NCBI GenBank assembly: GCA_964035545.1
Contig: OZ037765.1
Location: 26,349,504 to 26,413,503, forward strand
Direction: 5' to 3'
Length of the DNA: 64,000 nucleotides
DNA from: Bugula neritina
Taxonomy: Eukaryota; Animalia; Bryozoa
In this document: one piece after another, positions 12,712 to 26,006 of the stretch
How positions within the stretch are numbered: position 1 is the stretch's first letter
Layout: the number at the start of each line of letters is the position of its first letter
The notes under the pieces: generated by a model
What the model saw: only the letters and a program-made list of their open reading frames with translations
The model's database searches: none
What the model was told of the DNA's origin: nothing
Program-made: the position numbers and the translations under genes

Positions 12712-15440
12712 ATGATTAAGTTAGCAGCAAACCCCTCCTTCGGTGAGTTCACTCCAATGAGAAAAAGACTGTTCGATGCTATAAAAGACAGCAAGTTACT
12801 TCAGGTAAGAACTGGAAATTTAACTAAATTTATCCAATTGTAGTTTTTGTAGTCCAATATTGCTTTATCTCAACGTACTTGGCAGTGCCTTGTTTTTCTG
12901 GTTTCAAGTACATCCTTGTTTTATTATCTGTATGCCATTATAAAATTACAGTTTAATAAGATTTCACTTAAGGTTTCGCTCATTTAAATAATCACTGAAG
13001 TTAAATTTTGTTTGATTCGTATGAATAAAAGTTTTCTCTGATCGGTTGATGCGCAGCCTCCTACTGGTAAGCATTCAAAAATTGTCTATGTAATATGGGG
13101 TATATATGGTATATGATATATAATATGTAACATGTGATATATAACATTATATGTAATGCATGATATATAATATATAATATGTAATGTACAATATATGATA
13201 TGCAATATGTAATATATCATATATAGAATATAATATGTAATATATAATATATAGTCTGCTACATAATATATACTACTTTCTTCAACGCATGTAAACTAAA
13301 GCAAGTAATAGCATCATAAACATGAAAAGGTTATCAGTTATATCAATGAAATAATATGATATACCATGTTTAATACACCAAGGCTTTCTTGTACAAACTA
13401 TATAACGCTTTCTTGTATACAATATATACTACATGATTGATTTTTACTGCCATTTATTTAATTGAAGACTTTTTAACTTCAAATTTTCAAAAAACGCATA
13501 TGCATGCACCATCCCTGGGACACACACACACACATGCACACACATATCCTCATAGTTTTGTTATCTTTTCAACCAGAAAAAAATATTGAAATTCAACTGT
13601 TAATTTTAAACTTCTACTTTAAAAATCATGCCACACAAAGCTTTGTGCTATAAAAAACAAAATATCAAGTTCAATTAAATTTTATTAATGCCAAACAAAA
13701 ATAAAAACAAATATGATTGCTTTTTTTAAATTAAATATCTAATACCAGTATTCATCACATGATATGTAAATTGATCATAAGATTAAAAATATTTGTTTGC
13801 AAATTAAGTTATAATCAACCATTTTTAGATAAAATTCCTCGTTTACAAAAGCCGGCTAGACATCAACACCAAAAACAGCAGAGGTGAGAACAGTTTGATT
13901 GAAGCTCTGAGAATTGATGATGATAGAAAGAGGAGCATAACCTTCTCATTCTTAATGAAGTGTGGAATAGATGTGCACAATAGAGACTGCACTGGTAGAG
14001 GTACTTGGATGCATATATACTTTATAAACATTTGAATGCTAGAGGTTCTTGGATGCTGTATATATGTACTTGATGAGCATTTGAAGCTGGAAAGTCATTA
14101 TATTATGTTGTAAAATTATGTTTTGTTGATAACTAAAGGTCCTAAGCTAGAAGTTGTTATATAAACATGTAATTCTAGAGTTTAGCAGCAGAAGTCAATA
14201 GTAAATAATGATCTTAAAACTTCAAAGTACCTTCTATTCAACTATTTACATTCACTACCAGCTGGATTGAAATAAAATAGGCTGCAATTACGTAATATAA
14301 AACAATGTATTATAGCTTCGATTTGAATGGGATAACGTCATAACAACTGATCCATACATTACTGTGTTAAATTCGAAATGGTGTGATATAATACAGTTTA
14401 CCGTGCACAGCTCATAGTAATAAAGGAAATTTCATGCAAAACTGAAGAACTTGAGCCTAAATATATATATCAATTTTTCATATTGAAAGCATTAGGAGCT
14501 TGTACAGTTGACTAAAACTTGCTTGTTATGAATAATGACATTTGTGTTGAGAAAATAACAAAAATGCTGTGTTTCAGATTCACTTTGTTGGGCTACAAAA
14601 CTTGGTCGAGAGAGACAGGCGTTGCAGTTGCTAAATGGACCGATGCTGGAGTATGACTATCACCATAAAGACAAGAACGGCCTGACTGTTCTGCATTATG
14701 CTGCCATGAATAACATGGAGAAAGTTGTACAGACTATTCTTGCTCGGTTAAACCGATACTACATACCTGTAGATATTAAAGATAGCTCAGGTACAACTCC
14801 ATATTTGTATGCAAAACGACTCAACAACGCTGAAATTGTTGACTTGTTTATAGAGGCTGGTGCTTCACCCTACATCTTAGATAAAAACGAGAAATGTGGA
14901 TACAGTAGCGTCAAAAAACGGAGTGATGAAAGAGCAGAGCAAGTCATTCGGCTAAAGATTAGCGGTCGGTTACCGCAAGTGCGCAGAGTTTTGGCTGAAA
15001 AATCAATGGGTGCCGTAAATGGAACTCGTTTCTCTTCATCAAGAAATAGTGAATCTATAAACAATAACATCTCCTCTTTATTACAGCTTCAACATGATGG
15101 ACAAACGTGTGAAAAGTTCATCAAAAGTACAAGCGTTGCTGACAGTACATACAATTCGACTACTGACATCACTTCTTACGCAGCACCACGACGTCACGTG
15201 AAACATCTCAGCGAACTATTTGACATTGTATCTGAGCAAATGACAAGCTCATTTTGTAAACCTGCGCAAAAACCAAAGTCTAAATTTAGTGATCAAGCTA
15301 TGAACAAATTTAAAATGTCTTCCTTGGCAGCCATCATGAAGAAGCCAGTGAATGAAAGAATAGCAAGTCAGCAGGGAGGCAAGAAAAGGTCTCAACTCCG
15401 TAAAGGAAGCAGAAATGATCTGTTGGCAAAGCTCCATTAG
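12712..15440 (+). CDS. Ankyrin-repeat protein with disordered basic C-terminus (ANKRD63/ANKRD34-like architecture)
   Basis: Exons 12712-12804, 13829-14000, 14578-15440 join in frame. Ankyrin motifs DINTKNSRGENSLIEAL, DVHNRDCTGRDSLCWA, KDKNGLTVLHYAAMNN, DIKDSSGTTPYLYA..AGASP. Confidence 0.85.
13105..13275. repeat. AT-rich degenerate tandem repeat (ATATAATATGTA-like) in ankyrin gene intron 1
   Basis: Visible reiteration of ATATAATATGTAAT-like units. Confidence 0.7.
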
Positions 15441-16776
15441 GAATCAATAAAGTTCAAAGACGAACTAAACTTATAAACATATAGTAATAGAATTGATATT
15501 ATTTCAAGTTGAATTTCTATTGCTGGTAATACTGTTATTGTGATGCAATGCATCTCATACTGTATTAAAACGTGTGCTGTGTGCATGCACATATACTTCT
15601 GTGATTAAAAAATGTTTCATTTTTTCAAATATGATTGCTTAATTGTTTACTTTTTAGTTATTTCGTGTAATTTTTTCGTTTTCGGCATCCGCTTTTGCTT
15701 AATAATGCGACAAATATGAAGAACACATTTAAAGAAAACTTTTTATGTTTTAGTCTATTATAAAAAGTTTACATAAATATCTTTTTGAATCTGATCAAAG
15801 ATTTGACAGTATTTCACTATAGAAATATGAGCTACAGACTACGTGTATGATTGTGTCAAATTAATCAGACTTTTAAACATTAGCCTTGTTAGCTTTTAGG
15901 CTCCTTGTTTTTTTTAGCTTAAGCAATTTATTTTGTGGTTGTAATATCAAGTGCTGCTAGTTCTTAACATATCTTTTCTATCTGAACTTGCATATTGCTC
16001 AGCTATAAATTGTTGTGCCTTTTTGTCTCATGAAAGTCAAAGCATTGACATTCATGAGAGCTAGTTGACTTTTCAATATAGTTTATTACAGCATTATTGT
16101 AGTGACATAATATAGCGTACTATATGAAGCCCTAAAATAATGCAGTTATTAAACAACCATATGCATTTATAAACAGTGACTACAAACAAATAAATTAAGA
16201 GCAAACTGTAAATTATACTAACGCCCTGTAAAGGTTATTGTCATTAAAAATACAAATAGAACATATTTGTAATCATTGATGTTATACGTAGCCATGTACT
16301 TAATATTTATAGTAGCATAGTTTCTAAAATGTGACAAGTTAGAGTAACATGTTATATACAACGCATTCAAAACTGTTAATAGCCATACTTATATTTAAAG
16401 TTTACTTTTGTAATTTATTTTTTAACAGCCAATAGCAAGAAAATGTTTTTCTGACATTTGAAAGAAGATCAATAGTTAAGTTTTAAACTTCTGCATGCAT
16501 GATAATGATTTCGCTATAAAATATATACTAACTACTACAACTAGCAAAGATTCATGGAGACTTCTTGCAGATTTTTCTCCGCTAGGTTGAAACTGCATCA
16601 ATGATTAATAAATGACTAGTTTGAATAAAATTATTGCAACAAATTATTGTCATATTTCTTCATCATCTAAAATGATGTCATAAATGTTAGCTATTTTTAT
16701 AAAATTAATGGTTTCGTAAACAGTTGAATAAATAAAACATGTTTTAATAATAATAATAAAACTTAAGAAATACTGG

Positions 16777-19700
16777 ATGGAAGGTCAGAAAAAAGGTTTA
16801 ATGGAGCTGGCTGCCTACATCTGTAGAAAGATTACTGGTATGACAGAACAGAAATTAAGTGTAGAGCACGTGCAGCAGAAGGCTAGTGATTCATCTGCTG
16901 CAACTTATGTGTTGCAACGTACTGAAGATCAGATGAACACGTCAATGCTCAATACAGACTCAGATGGGTACAGTACGGCAAGCACACGATCAGACTCAGA
17001 CAGTGAGAATAGACGTAAAAAAGACTCAAAATTAGGCAGCTCAGCAACAGCAAAAACATATGATACTAAAAACTCGAATAATGAGCAACTACTGCTTCAG
17101 TTAGATAACAACGCTTCTCTCTCTGCTGATCATGCTTCGTTAGAAAAGAAGAACAAAATTGGTGAAAAAAATGTTTCATCAGCATTCGTTCCTAAAAAAT
17201 TAACTGATCAACTAATAGTTCGAGATGAAAATGGTCAGTTAAAGTTGTATGAATCATCTGTGAATTGGCAAAAAAGTGCTGCTAAAGTTAACGCAGATAA
17301 ATGTGTAGATTGTGCAGCACAAATAAACATAAAAGATGTGACGGAACACTGCAGTGAAAATGAGACGGCAAGAACAGTCTGCAGCAGGTTAAATAGTGCG
17401 ACAATGCAGACAAGCAGGCAAGAAAAAACAACAGATATTTTTGAAAACTGCAAATTAGAAAATAAATCAAACCACCATCTATGCAATGCGAGTCAGCAAG
17501 ATTGCAGTGAAGTTCGAGATGCTGCTACAATATGGGATGCCAGCAATATGCCTGAGAACCTTTGTCAAAGTGAGGTTTGTAAACAAACTAATACATAATA
17601 TAAAACAACAAGTTATTGGCTAATATGCACAACATGTATGCTTTAAGACTTGAAAAGTTTATACCTGAATACACAGGGTGCAACTAGTTTCAATGCTTAG
17701 ATGGTTGACCTGTGAAAGGTATATATCTCTGGAAGATGGTGTATTGTTTAGTAACATGTTATGTTGCATTTAATTAGCTAAAGTTCAATTCTACAACGTT
17801 TGCGAACTGAAAAAATATTTCATCAACTGCAAAAAACAGAAAAATTAGAAAGAAGCTGATGTGGTCTAGTGTTTAGAGTGCTGGCTCAGTGTGCAATAAT
17901 TAGGTAATGGGTTCAACTTGGGGTCATTGATGCATGATGCCAGGAAGATTATACAGTTAAGATTGCTCTTTTGCTACACCAAACTAAGTTCTTACCAGAG
18001 ATGGTGGAGAGTTGGAACAAGCATGAGTTTTTGAGAAATTAGGATATATAATGAACTTTAAGAGAGTGATTTGCAATTTCTCAAGAGAATATAACTCCTT
18101 CCAATAATAACTCATAAAAGTTTAGATTCTTCAAAATTTCTCCAATGCTTCTGTAATAATTTAAACAACATAAAGGCCTGAGCTATATACTTATATATTC
18201 TGAAACTCATGCTGAGAATATGTATTTAAAATTATTGTTATGTGGTTAGACTATATATAATTATAATATTGTTGTCCTATAGTAATATTATACAGTAACT
18301 GTCCAATCTACAAGAAGTGCTGCTTTACCATGTTTATTTTTGTATATATGCTTATTTTGCTCACTTGTTTACTATGCATGCGAAAATATGCCAGTTTACT
18401 TGTTTTTTCCTATTCATTATTAGTTGGAAATTATAACAGAAAGTGTTTAAACTACTAATTGCTATTATATTATTTCACAGGAGGATAAAAGTGAGGAGAC
18501 GGATGTCATAATTGATGAAGTTGACCACTTATTGCTACAGCTTGAAAAAATCATAGGAAACCGATCGAGACGCAACTTAGCTTCAGGTGCAGAGTACGAC
18601 GAAGTGTCTACTCTGACTAAGCCACTAAGAGAGTTATCTCCCCAATCAATGAAAGAGGCAAATTCATTTATACAGGATGCTGCCAACACAATGGACGTCA
18701 AAAATGTAGACTTGGATGAGTCACAATCTTCTGTGGAACTGGTTCTTTCTATTATCAAAGAAGCAACCAAACAATACAATTTGGAAGAGATTAATGAAGA
18801 TAACATTTCTACCAACTCTGTCACTCCATCAATACCACCACTTGAGCCACCAACAACACCCCTGATACAGTGGACAGACTCAACATCATTACCTCTGTTA
18901 GTAGAATCAGCTACTACCCCTCCACTTCTAATACACAGCAACTCAAGTCACTCATGGTCGGTAGATCCCGTCTCCTCACCTTCAGCACTCTTGAGGCCAT
19001 TAACACCTCCACCACAAGAGAGTGATGCTGACTGTGAGCAAGTTGATCTGAAGCTTAAAAAGCTAGCAACTATCACTGAAGGTAACAAATAAGAATATGA
19101 TGCTACAGCATATAGGATATTATAATCTATGTTAAGTTAATATTATGAGTTTATAAGCAAAAATTACCTCATACTATAAAGGTTGCTTGTGCCTTTTTTA
19201 TTATTTGCTCATAGCTGTATCAAATGCATGTATGTTTAACTGGCATCAAATGCAGTCATTAAATGAAAGCGTTTTCTAATATCTTTTAGGAGGTATGAGA
19301 GAGCTGTCAGAGTTCGCATGTAACACCAACCTGTCTGAAGTAAAGTGCAATTCTGCACCTACTACAGATTTTCAAGCTAGTAAGTATTACAATTACTTGC
19401 TAGTTGCAAGATTTCTATCCTTTTACTGTATAATATTAGAAAAAAATATCTTAAAATGTGAAATAATGAACAATCTAAAAATTTATTGTGTGCTGGTAGA
19501 ATAAATGCAAGGCACACATTGTGCCTTCATTTTGCATGGCTTATCAAAGCAGGAGTAGTGCTACTCTATTAAACGGTTTATTGCATAAAGAATTAGATTG
19601 TAGGTTAAAATAAATTTGCTGTTTGTAAAAATATGTACATAATATGCTTTTTAAATATAACTATTTACTTAGTTACTTATAAGAGTAGAAATAATGCATG

Positions 19701-21608
19701 TAGAATATTTACACACTACGTACTTACATGCGCTGCATAAATTTGTATGTACCACTTGTGTTGCAAACTTCTTTGTTACTATAAAACATTCCATGCAATC
19801 CTTCAAATATACTACATGTTTTAGACATTTCGGGGAGCATGAGTCTGCCATGTAATAAACAGTCCAGCAGACCAAAATCAGATCAAGATGTTCCAAGACA
19901 TGAGGATAGTATAGTAACTGGCACAAACAAAGCATGCTTTAGAAAAGCAGAGAGATACGGCATTGGAGATAATGCAAATTCATTTGCTGAGCCAATAGAA
20001 GGAACTATAGTGAATCGGACAGGCTGCTTGCCACCGTAAGTAGACATATTCTGTGTATCTTTGGATGTTGTTGAAAAGGGAAACTAGAAGCTTTAATTTT
20101 GTACTATTACTCATAAAATAAAAGTGTTTTAACTCATGAAATACACTAATACACTAAGTATTGTGTAACTATTGATGTAATTATTTCAATTTAGTCCTCC
20201 TGAAGATTTTGTTACATGTCTCCAAGTTTTGAAAGAGACCAGAGGAGTAAAAGCAAGACTATTAGCAAGAAAATGCTGCTCACATGCAAAAAAGACAAAG
20301 ACAAAACAAAGGGTAAGAAAAGCTTATAATTATAAAATTTTCTAACTTTTGAAGTCAAAAAGTGAAAATCAAATTTGAAAATCTCAATTTTCACAAAAAG
20401 CATCATTTTGTTACAGATATCATGTCCAACAATAAAAGAGTTTAAAGTAGGCACTAAGACTGGGACTCATAGTTTCTTTGAATTAATGAACACTACAATA
20501 ACCATACCGAAGATGAATGAAAAAATGGTGATAACAGAAGCTACAGTTCCAACTGAGTTACAATCAAAGGCTGTGTGGGTGAATGGAGAGCTAAAAATAT
20601 TCATTAAACATTTAGGTAAGATCTTTGATGACACCAATTAAATTTTGGCCTTATAGGTTTAATAATTTGTTTCAATTATACTTGTATATTCAAGTAGCTA
20701 ATCTGGCAACAACTCTATATAACATTTATATCTATTTGAAAGCTACATGACAAAAGCTATCTTTAGATCCAAATCAACATAGATTATTTTAGTTAAACAG
20801 TAAAGCGAATAAGAAAAACTGGTATATTTTTATGCAATCAATGTTTTTGCAAAAAGCAACTGAAAATTAAGTACCTAGTTACTTGTTTTTGTGTTGTGAA
20901 GTACACTTAGTTTTTAGAAGAGTACACTCCAGTTTTTTAGCTGTTAGTAGAGTATATTTAGCTTCTTTTAGATTATCTGACCTATTAGCTTACATTTTGT
21001 CAAATAGCGGATAGCCTATTGACCACCAAGTGTACATGACTAAATTGCAAATATATTTTACAGACCTTGTTCACGGATTTGTGCTCTCCTGTACAAATAA
21101 ACTTGTAATTAATCTTGTATATTCAGATAAAGATTTGTCACACATTCCACTTGGTAAGAAAGACTTGTACACACGGACACCCTCATCCATCTCGATTGAG
21201 TTTGTGAGAGAATACAGGGAGGAGAGAGAAAATGGTGTAAAGTCTCCAAGTATTGTAAAGAAGTCTCTTCCTCCAGAAAAGGTTTCAATGCTTGAGAAGA
21301 AAGCTAATACTGGTTCAGTAGAACCTCCACCATTCAACACCAAAGTATGAACAGCTTTCAGATCTCCGCTTACACTGCTTTCAAGTTCTAAAAGAATTTA
21401 AGACCTGCTATTTGCATTTGCTACGTGCACAATCCTCAAAGTTAACATCAATAGTTAATTGTTGTAAATTTATTTTTAGGTTGACTTCATTTACAAGAAA
21501 GATCCTTTGGTTTTGGGAACACTTGATAGAAAAAGATATTTAAACAGAAAAATATTGGAGCAGAAGAAATTAAAAAAGACAAAAATTCCAGTTTATTGTG
21601 TCGTGTGA
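16777..21608 (+). CDS. Uncharacterised, largely low-complexity/disordered protein, 8 coding exons
   Basis: Exons 16777-17574, 18481-19081, 19290-19379, 19825-20035, 20195-20312, 20417-20615, 21127-21344, 21480-21608 all have GT-AG boundaries with matching phases. The protein ends KKLKKTKIPVYCVV*. No family recognised. Confidence 0.75.
17854..18032 (+). mobile_element. Decayed tRNA-derived SINE copy
   Basis: A-box-like TGGTCTAGTGT (17862) and B-box-like GGTTCAAC (~17910). Core GGTCATTGAT..ATGCCAGGAAG..ATACAGTTAAGATTGCTC resembles GGCCATTGATAATGTTAGAAAGAACATCCAGTCATAATTGCTC at ~34060, and both end TGAGTTTTT. Confidence 0.65.
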
Positions 21609-21656
21609 TTATATGCTGTATACCCGTTGAAGAGTATGTTTGAAGGTCACATATGT

Positions 21657-21730
21657 CAGCAATAACCAGCTCATCGTGTCAGCACTAACCAGCTCATTGT
21701 GTCAGCACTAACCAGCTTATTGTGTCAACA
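21657..21730. repeat. ~23-bp tandem repeat, 3 copies, just 3' of the stop at 21608
   Basis: TCAGCACTAACCAGCTCATTGTG repeated three times with few substitutions. Confidence 0.85.
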
Positions 21731-23778
21731 TGTTGTAATATTTCAACTCCATTTCAATATAATATAATTCAAGAAGAAACAATTGCCACAATTTGTAATA
21801 TCTATTCTGCACAGTTGTGTACCCGTAGTTCATTTTGTTCTATACTCAACTGGTACAAGTAATTAAAGTTGATGTAGCTGTAGAATATGAAACGTGACTG
21901 AATACTACAAATAGTAATCTTATAGTATATATTAATAGTAGAGCATAACTATTTCTAGCTTTATTGTAGGTATATAATATTATGATGCTGCTTTTTTGGT
22001 GTTGATATATTACCTGGTTCAACACTAGTATGAAGTAAGCTCTGCTCTGTTATTACAAAAATTATTTCTGAACCTCTCTTATTGGGTAGGCTGTGTGAAA
22101 AAATAGTAGTTACCGGTACTAGAATATTGAAAAAATATTTATTAAAAAGATAAATAAAGCCATGTACTAGTAAAAGCAATGACAACTAGCACTGGAATAT
22201 TGAATGCTTAATTGTCCCAAAGCAGCTATAAGATGTACTGGATAGAAATGAAACAGTGGTGGCGTGTCATATACAATACAAGGATTGAGTGCAGCACTAT
22301 GAAAAGTCAAAAAGGCATGAAATCTTAGTTCACTTACCAGACTACACAAATAAAGCATTATATTATTGTGTTGTTTTCATAACTTGAAACATTTTGTTTA
22401 TTTTAAAGTAATTTGTAAAGTTGAGTCATTATTCTTTTGGATTACTATTTAGTCTGTCCCAATTTGCACTGATGTTAACAATATATTGATCAGTTAATAT
22501 TGATCCCACCAACTCAAGTACAGGTAGAGGTAAAAAAGCTCCTACTTTTTCACATCTCAAGTTTAGAAAATTATTTGTAAAGGAAGTTGCCCACCCACTC
22601 AATAAATGAGTTTATCAAAAAATTAGCACAAATTTGAAAACAACAATTGGAATCATCAGCCTGACAAAAGTGTCATTTTTGTACATATATGGTGTACATT
22701 GGTGCTTGTGCAAAGTTAAGTTGGGTCTAATAGGAATTATCTAGTTTTCAGTTTCTGTCAATGCACAGCTTATAAACTAAAAGAATATTTTAACCTCATA
22801 GTTTTTTTATTGATTTTTATATTCACTAGTTGACATTTAAAATCAATGTTTTAGAATATATTATTTATACAATATCAAAAGGGTTTGAACTGCAATACTG
22901 AGAATGATGCAGCTGTTGGCACCTACAATATACTGACAACATTACTATGACATTATACCCATCAGTCTTGCTTTGTGTTACATTGCATTATGACTGTAAA
23001 ACTATACTGTGCATAGCCATGCGTACACTATATTTAAATTACATTAAATATAATGAACGAATTAAAAATAATTATTGCGTAGATTGGAGTGTGAAATTTA
23101 GGTAGATAAAATTATTGATGCGCGCATATTATATTATAATGAACTACCCATTAACCTGTTTAAAATCAATAGCTTGTGATACTACAATTAGAGAGTAGAG
23201 ATATTGCTGCCATAGTAATAAACACTCATCAATGAAAACAAATTAAATTATTGCTTGATGCACAACCTGTAAACATTTAAAAAGGAAATTAAGCTAAATG
23301 AGAGCAGTGAGGCATGCATGACTATGTATATTATTATTATATTGCAGCTATTTGCTACTGCTTTGCTCATTGATTTAGTCTCGTGGGATATACACTGCAT
23401 CTACTGGTTTTAGCATCATTGCTCTTTCTCTGTTTTATAGTGTAAAAAGTATATCATTAGGTAGAAGTAGAGCATTCACTGTGCATCACACAAATAGTGG
23501 AGTTGCATGGGGAATGCATCTTTTCGGTTAACTACAATTATACTAAGTGACTTGGATTAAGATTATTATTGTTGACAGCCAGAAGAACTGCACTTAGCCA
23601 TCAAACTCTTGACCTTACGTCATCATCATTTATAGATAGCAAGTAATTTTCTGTTGATCACCAAAGAAGATCTACTTGAATTCTATTCGGAGTCGCCTTA
23701 ATACTTCCTAGATAAACCAGTGTGATATTTCAGTTACTTCTTGGAAGCAAAAATTAGAGAATTTGCTGGTAACTTTAA

Positions 23779-25697
23779 ATGGCTGAAATAACATGGAAAT
23801 CAACATTTGTTGGAGCTCTGTTGCTGTTTTTAATTGGGATTATAACCGCAACATGTCTGAACTATGCAGGAGCTGCCTTGACTAGCATATCTGCAGGCGT
23901 ATCGGGACCTTTCAGATGTGTGTACAACGCATCAGATCCATATTCTAGGAGGAACTGCACAACGACGTGCAATGAAACAGATTTAGACGCACTAATAGTT
24001 GAAAACTGTACATATATTTATGTGACATATTATCCAAAAGATGATTTACCTCCTGTAAAACATATAAAGCTCACTCCTAGCTACAGGTATGATAACCAAC
24101 CAACATCTGGGAAAAGAAGATTTGGCGAGGTTGGTTTCTATTAGTACTAATAGTCTTCTTGTTGAATTTTTTTAATATTTGGGAATTCTGGTGATGTTTT
24201 TACTTATAAAATAACAGGCCTATTAATATAACTTAATGTTATTGTTTTTTCCTTTAAAATCTGCCTCTTCACGTTAAACAGAATTAAACAAGTAATATGA
24301 AAAAATTTAATAAGTTTTGCGAGCAAGGATTTTAGTAAAGTTATGATTATCTATACATGTTTAACTTTATTGACAAACATTGCTTTTAAAACGAAATAAA
24401 AAACAACTTCTGTTTCAACCAACATTATACATGAGTGTATTGTAACATGCAACTGAGTGTGACAATGAATACATAGCATTACAGTTATCAGTAATTAGTA
24501 GATATGCAACCCTGTAATATCAGCTCTAATTAGGGATATACAATGAATATTATGTAGTAAATAAAGCATTAAAATCTAGGTTATTTGTATAGCACAAGTT
24601 ACTCATCACTACCCATAGTGATAGTTAGATAAAAAAAATTAAGCCAAAGTTTTTGATCAAAACCTCTATTATAACATTCAATTTGCTCTCGTCTATTACT
24701 AAATTGATTTATGTAGGTAATACCAAAATATATACATCTAAGTTTGAAGTTAAAACAGTTTATAGTTTACGTAAAAATATAGAAAAACCAAAGAACCACT
24801 AGCTTACCATTATAATGCATAATTTATTCACACCACGGCAAAGCATACATGTACTGTACAAAGTAACAGGTTGAAGCTTGACGCCAATGCTAGAGAACCA
24901 AATTGCACCATTTTGTAGACTGCCTATTACATCTGTGATTTTTTTCTTCTTTTCAGTGCTCGGCAAAATATTGCGGAACATATCGATTTAAAACACATTT
25001 GAATGGCACAGCCCATTACAAGCACCACCCAGATCTTATACAGAAGATTGAGAAGGCAAAGCAAGAAAAAAATGGAGAACTTGAATGTTTTCTCAACCAC
25101 GATATGCCAAGTAAAGGCGCGTATCTATACTTAAATGAGGAAGCTGGAGTAAAGAAACCTCAGTACAGGTTATTCCGGTGGTATGAGGGATGGCTGGTGC
25201 TGATGGCACCCGTAGCAATATCAGTTGGCATCATCATATTCTTTATAGTAGTCCTGATCAGAGGCCGGCTAACTAAGAAACCCGCCCCGAAGTCCAGAGC
25301 ATTTGGTAAGTTGTAAAGTTACACTCATCACCATATATTTTTCATTAGCACTTTCATAGTTGAATTTAGATCAACCACAGGGAATATGGCATGTTTATTC
25401 TAACGCATTTGGTGCATAAAGCCTTTATCTTCAAGATGCATTATTTATGAAGTTATTCAAGTATAAAACCGTTAGGTATAACAACTATTGGTTCTAGCTG
25501 AGAAAAAAATTGTAGAACCCTAAAGCATCTAGTAGTAGTAGTAGAAGAATGCGGGAACTACTTGTTACTGTTTCATTGCTTTAGTTCCCCCAGGATTTGA
25601 TTCACCACTGACAGCCATAAGAACAAGAAACTCTTCCATAGCAAGCAAACGCCCCTCCCCCGCACCTGAAGAGTGTATTGGATTGCAACAGAGTTGA
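23779..25697 (+). CDS. Two-transmembrane protein with cysteine-rich glycosylated loop; BK channel beta (KCNMB)/TipE-like auxiliary subunit candidate, 270 aa
   Basis: Exons 23779-24129, 24957-25305, 25585-25697 total 813 nt in frame. N-terminal hydrophobic helix, loop with CVY..CTTTC..CTYIYVTY..CSAKYC..ECFLN and several NxS/T sequons, second TM WLVLMAPVAISVGIIIFFIVVLI, then a basic cytoplasmic tail. Gene model is solid; family call is inference. Confidence 0.7.
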
Positions 25698-26006
25698 CCT
25701 GGATCCTTACTTATAACGAATCTATTATTGACTTCAGTTATTTATAAATAATTTTATATCAAACTTTATTACAATTATATTATACATAGTTGTACACAGA
25801 CAATGCAATATTATGAACATAAACAAGATACTAAATCTTACAGCTTTTTTGTAAAAAGAAAATATCTGAAGAATGACATAACACTGTAGACTTGCAATTT
25901 CCGATGCGCAGTTGACAGTATGAAATACTCATAAAATATTGATGAAACTGCTGACAACCAAATAGCAAGAGAGAATTTGGCTGCTGTTGGATGGCTGGGA
26001 CGACTT

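Noticed and set aside
17854-17925. tRNA-like A/B boxes here and at ~34004-34056
   Set aside because: No complete cloverleaf; both continue into a shared SINE body, so they are not tRNA genes.
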